Shown here piece after piece: positions 61,693 through 64,000 of a stretch of DNA of 64,000 bases. Origin of the DNA: an uncultured SAR86 cluster bacterium. Lineage in GTDB: Bacteria > Pseudomonadota > Gammaproteobacteria > Magnimaribacterales > D2472. The first letter of the stretch is position 1. Every line of letters begins with the position of its first letter. The stretch spans positions 67,463 through 131,462 of the forward strand of contig CACJOM010000001.1 of the NCBI GenBank assembly GCA_902595065.1, in the 5' to 3' direction. The position numbers and the translations under genes are program-made. Below the pieces are notes generated by a model that saw nothing but the letters and a program-made list of their open reading frames with translations, was not told the DNA's origin and searched no databases.

Positions 61693-62480
61693 GCATAGAT
61701 AAATTATCTTTAGAGGGTTTGGACTTTCAAGCAACGAAAATTAATATTAAAAATAATATTTTAACCATCACATTAAATCGACCTGAGAAAAAAAATGCAT
61801 TAAACAATGTGATGGTAAACGAGCTAAATTATGCTTTAGCTTACGCCAAACAAGAAAGAGAAATTAGGGTTGTTGTGATTGATGCTGAGGGAGATATTTT
61901 TTGTGCTGGAGCTGATCTACGAAGAGCAAAAGAAGAGTCTAATGTCCCAAAATTAGAGGGGGCAGATGACATCAGTTTTTCCCTAAGAAGACTGCACAAA
62001 CCAGTAATATGCAAAATTCAAGGCTCTGTCTTGGCTGGGGCCTTGTTGATTTTAACCAATGCAACTCATGCCATAGCAGTTGATAATGCTAAGTTTTCTG
62101 CGCCTGAGATACACAGAGGCCTATGGCCTTTTATGGTCATGGCTGGGTTGTTCAGAGTAATGCCTAAGAGAGCTGGGCTTGATTTTATTATGCGTGGTCA
62201 ACCCATTGATGCCAATAAAGCTGAGATGTGGGGGTTAATCAATGAGTCTGTTGCGGCTAATGAGCTGGATAAAAGAGTTAGCGAGCTAGCTGAAGAACTA
62301 GCTAGTCTAGCCCCAGGAACCATGCAATTTGGTCTCGAGGCATATGAAAAACAAGATGCGTTAGAGTTTGATGAAGCTCTTCCATATTTACAAAAACAAA
62401 TTGCTAAATGTTTTGAAGGTGATGATGCTAAGGAAGGTATTGCTGCGTTTTTAGAAAAAAGAAAACCAAATTGGAAATAA
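61689..62480 (+). CDS. Enoyl-CoA hydratase/isomerase
   Basis: ITLNRPEKKNAL, FCAGADL, APEI, EGIAAFLEKRKP. Confidence 0.93.
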   Translation: MSIDKLSLEGLDFQATKINIKNNILTITLNRPEKKNALNNVMVNELNYALAYAKQEREIRVVVIDAEGDIFCAGADLRRAKEESNVPKLEGADDISFSLRRLHKPVICKIQGSVLAGALLILTNATHAIAVDNAKFSAPEIHRGLWPFMVMAGLFRVMPKRAGLDFIMRGQPIDANKAEMWGLINESVAANELDKRVSELAEELASLAPGTMQFGLEAYEKQDALEFDEALPYLQKQIAKCFEGDDAKEGIAAFLEKRKPNWK

Positions 62481-62493
62481 ATAAGGAAGATTT

Positions 62494-63717
62494 ATGGATT
62501 TAGAATACGGACCAGAGTATCAAGACTTTACCAAAGAGGTTCAAAGCTTTTGTGAAAAATATGAAGGATTATCTTTCACAGATGGTTCTAATAATCCACT
62601 GGGAAGTTCAGGAGGATCTGGTGGACCTAAAATGTCTAGGTCTGAATGGCAAAAAACCTTAATTGAAAATGGTTATTTTGCACGCTCAGTCCCAAAAGAA
62701 TACGGAGGATATGGCGGTGAAGCAGATATTCTGAAAAGTAGGATTATTGCTGCAGAGTTCTCAAAATCTAATACGCCGGGTCCCATGGGTGGTCAGGGAA
62801 TTGATATGTTGGTTCCGACATTATTAGAGATGGGTACCAAGGAACAAAAGGAAGCTTATATCAAGCCCACACTACATGGGGAAATGATTTGGTGCCAAGG
62901 TTATTCTGAGCCAAATGCTGGGAGTGATCTGGCAAGCTTACAAACTAAGGGAGAGTTAGTTGGTGATGAATGGGTGATCAATGGTCAAAAAATATGGACC
63001 AGTACTGCCCAATACTCACAAATGTGTTTTTGTCTTGTTAGAACTGAGCCGGATGCTCCAAAACACGCTGGAATAAGCTACTTATTGATCCCAATGGACA
63101 CTCCAGGCATTGAAATTAGACCCCTAGTAGATATGACTTTAAAGGCAGGATTTAATGAAGTCTTTTTTACAGATGTAAAAATCCCTCGCGACAATATTGT
63201 GGGTAAAAGAGGTGAAGGCTGGGCTGTTGCAAATGCAACTTTAGGTCATGAAAGAGGCTCCTTGGCTCCACCAGATGCAACCATGAATAGAGTAAATATG
63301 CTTATGCATCTTATGAAAGAAGAAACACTAGATGGCAAGCCATTAATTGAGCACCCAATTTATAGAGATCGATTGATGCAAATTCAAGGCAAAGTTTTAG
63401 CCCAGCAATCTCATGCATTAAGACTGCTATCAGCCAAGCTAAATCCTGGAACTGATGTCAAGATAGGTAAGATGATTCAAAAACTTACCGGAACAGAACT
63501 AAGACATGAGCTAGAAGGCCTTGCCATTGATGTGATGGGCGAAATTGGAACCTTGTATGAAGATAGCCCACATCTTAAAAACGATGGCACATGGCAATTC
63601 ATATACATGTATTTTCTGGGCCTGATTATTGGCGGAGGTACCAGTCAAATTCAAAAGAATATCATTGCCGAACGAGGTCTAGGCATGCCTAAAGAACCAA
63701 AAGTAGAGGGAGCATAA
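62494..63717 (+). CDS. Acyl-CoA dehydrogenase, catalytic-type chain of a second pair
   Basis: WCQGYSEPNAGSDLASL, NGQKIWTS, HER, IGGGTSQIQKNII. Confidence 0.92.
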   Translation: MDLEYGPEYQDFTKEVQSFCEKYEGLSFTDGSNNPLGSSGGSGGPKMSRSEWQKTLIENGYFARSVPKEYGGYGGEADILKSRIIAAEFSKSNTPGPMGGQGIDMLVPTLLEMGTKEQKEAYIKPTLHGEMIWCQGYSEPNAGSDLASLQTKGELVGDEWVINGQKIWTSTAQYSQMCFCLVRTEPDAPKHAGISYLLIPMDTPGIEIRPLVDMTLKAGFNEVFFTDVKIPRDNIVGKRGEGWAVANATLGHERGSLAPPDATMNRVNMLMHLMKEETLDGKPLIEHPIYRDRLMQIQGKVLAQQSHALRLLSAKLNPGTDVKIGKMIQKLTGTELRHELEGLAIDVMGEIGTLYEDSPHLKNDGTWQFIYMYFLGLIIGGGTSQIQKNIIAERGLGMPKEPKVEGA

Positions 63718-63718
63718 A

Positions 63719-64000
63719 ATGTATTTTGGCTTATCAGAAGAACAATCTTTTTTTCAGGACAATGTAAGAAAATATCTAGAAGAGCATGCCACGCTAGATA
63801 ATATTAAGCATATTGCTAACGGTGATGAAAAGAACCTTTCTGCTGAAATTCATCAAGGTTTGCTTAATTTAGGTATGAATGGGCTCTTAATCCCAGAAGA
63901 GTTTGGTGGCCTAGGTCTAGATTTACTCTTTGCCGCTGTCGTCTCAGAAGCTTTAGGGGGCGGCGCAGGCCCTACTCCATTTATTGCACCCTATGTTATG
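63719..64000 (+). CDS. Acyl-CoA dehydrogenase, partner-type chain; 5' part only
   Basis: Hand translation: MYFGLSEEQSFFQDNVRKYL...GLLIPEEFGGLGL...EALG; open to the window end. Confidence 0.85.
   Translation, partial: MYFGLSEEQSFFQDNVRKYLEEHATLDNIKHIANGDEKNLSAEIHQGLLNLGMNGLLIPEEFGGLGLDLLFAAVVSEALGGGAGPTPFIAPYVM

Noticed and set aside
46393-62913. Shared 17-nt string TGGTGCCAAGGTTATTC in the two ACAD genes
   Set aside because: It encodes the conserved WCQGYS motif of paralogs and is not a repeat element.
1-64000. CRISPR arrays, rRNA, prophage, integrase, transposase, defence systems, riboswitches
   Set aside because: No repeat-spacer periodicity, rRNA-like sequence or mobile-element proteins were seen, and the intergenic gaps (about 110 nt or less) show no recognisable riboswitch structure.

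Overview
A 64-kb stretch of a compact, AT-rich gammaproteobacterial chromosome. The Pseudomonadales-like gene order and tiny or negative intergenic gaps suggest a streamlined marine lineage such as SAR86 (inference, not a search result). Positions 1-44,900 are mostly core genes: partial purL, uvrB, tRNA-Asn, cysS/ppiB/lpxH, umuDC and lexA each with an SOS box, acnB, a 13-kb aroC-leuCDB-asd-fimV-truA-trpFBA-accD-dedD-cvpA-purF run with no folC, prpBCD, queH, thrH, topA, pyrD, galU, nadK and a sirtuin. Positions 44,900-64,000 are dominated by lipid/isoprenoid catabolism genes: two tandem acyl-CoA dehydrogenase pairs, a Zn-ADH, an LLM-class oxidoreductase, a nitronate-monooxygenase-family enzyme, GST, and a biotin-carboxylase/TetR/AtuA/enoyl-CoA hydratase operon. 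The best candidate for an undescribed system is a 26-bp inverted repeat, GGTAAT-N14-ATTACC. It has identical spacing at all three divergent promoters of this catabolic block and points to a local regulon, possibly run by the TetR in the operon. Other signals: a possible two-start ppiB (membrane-anchored plus soluble cyclophilin), an SLT-only MltF, a Val-Gly UmuD cleavage site, a TrpA Asp60Glu variant, an SDR lacking the catalytic Tyr, an AT-rich O-antigen-ligase-like orphan, symmetric -10 hexamers, likely leaderless mRNAs, and systematic 4-bp overlaps of convergent stop codons. No CRISPR, rRNA, integrase or transposase was seen. All family calls come from motifs read by eye and recalled sequences; no database search was run.
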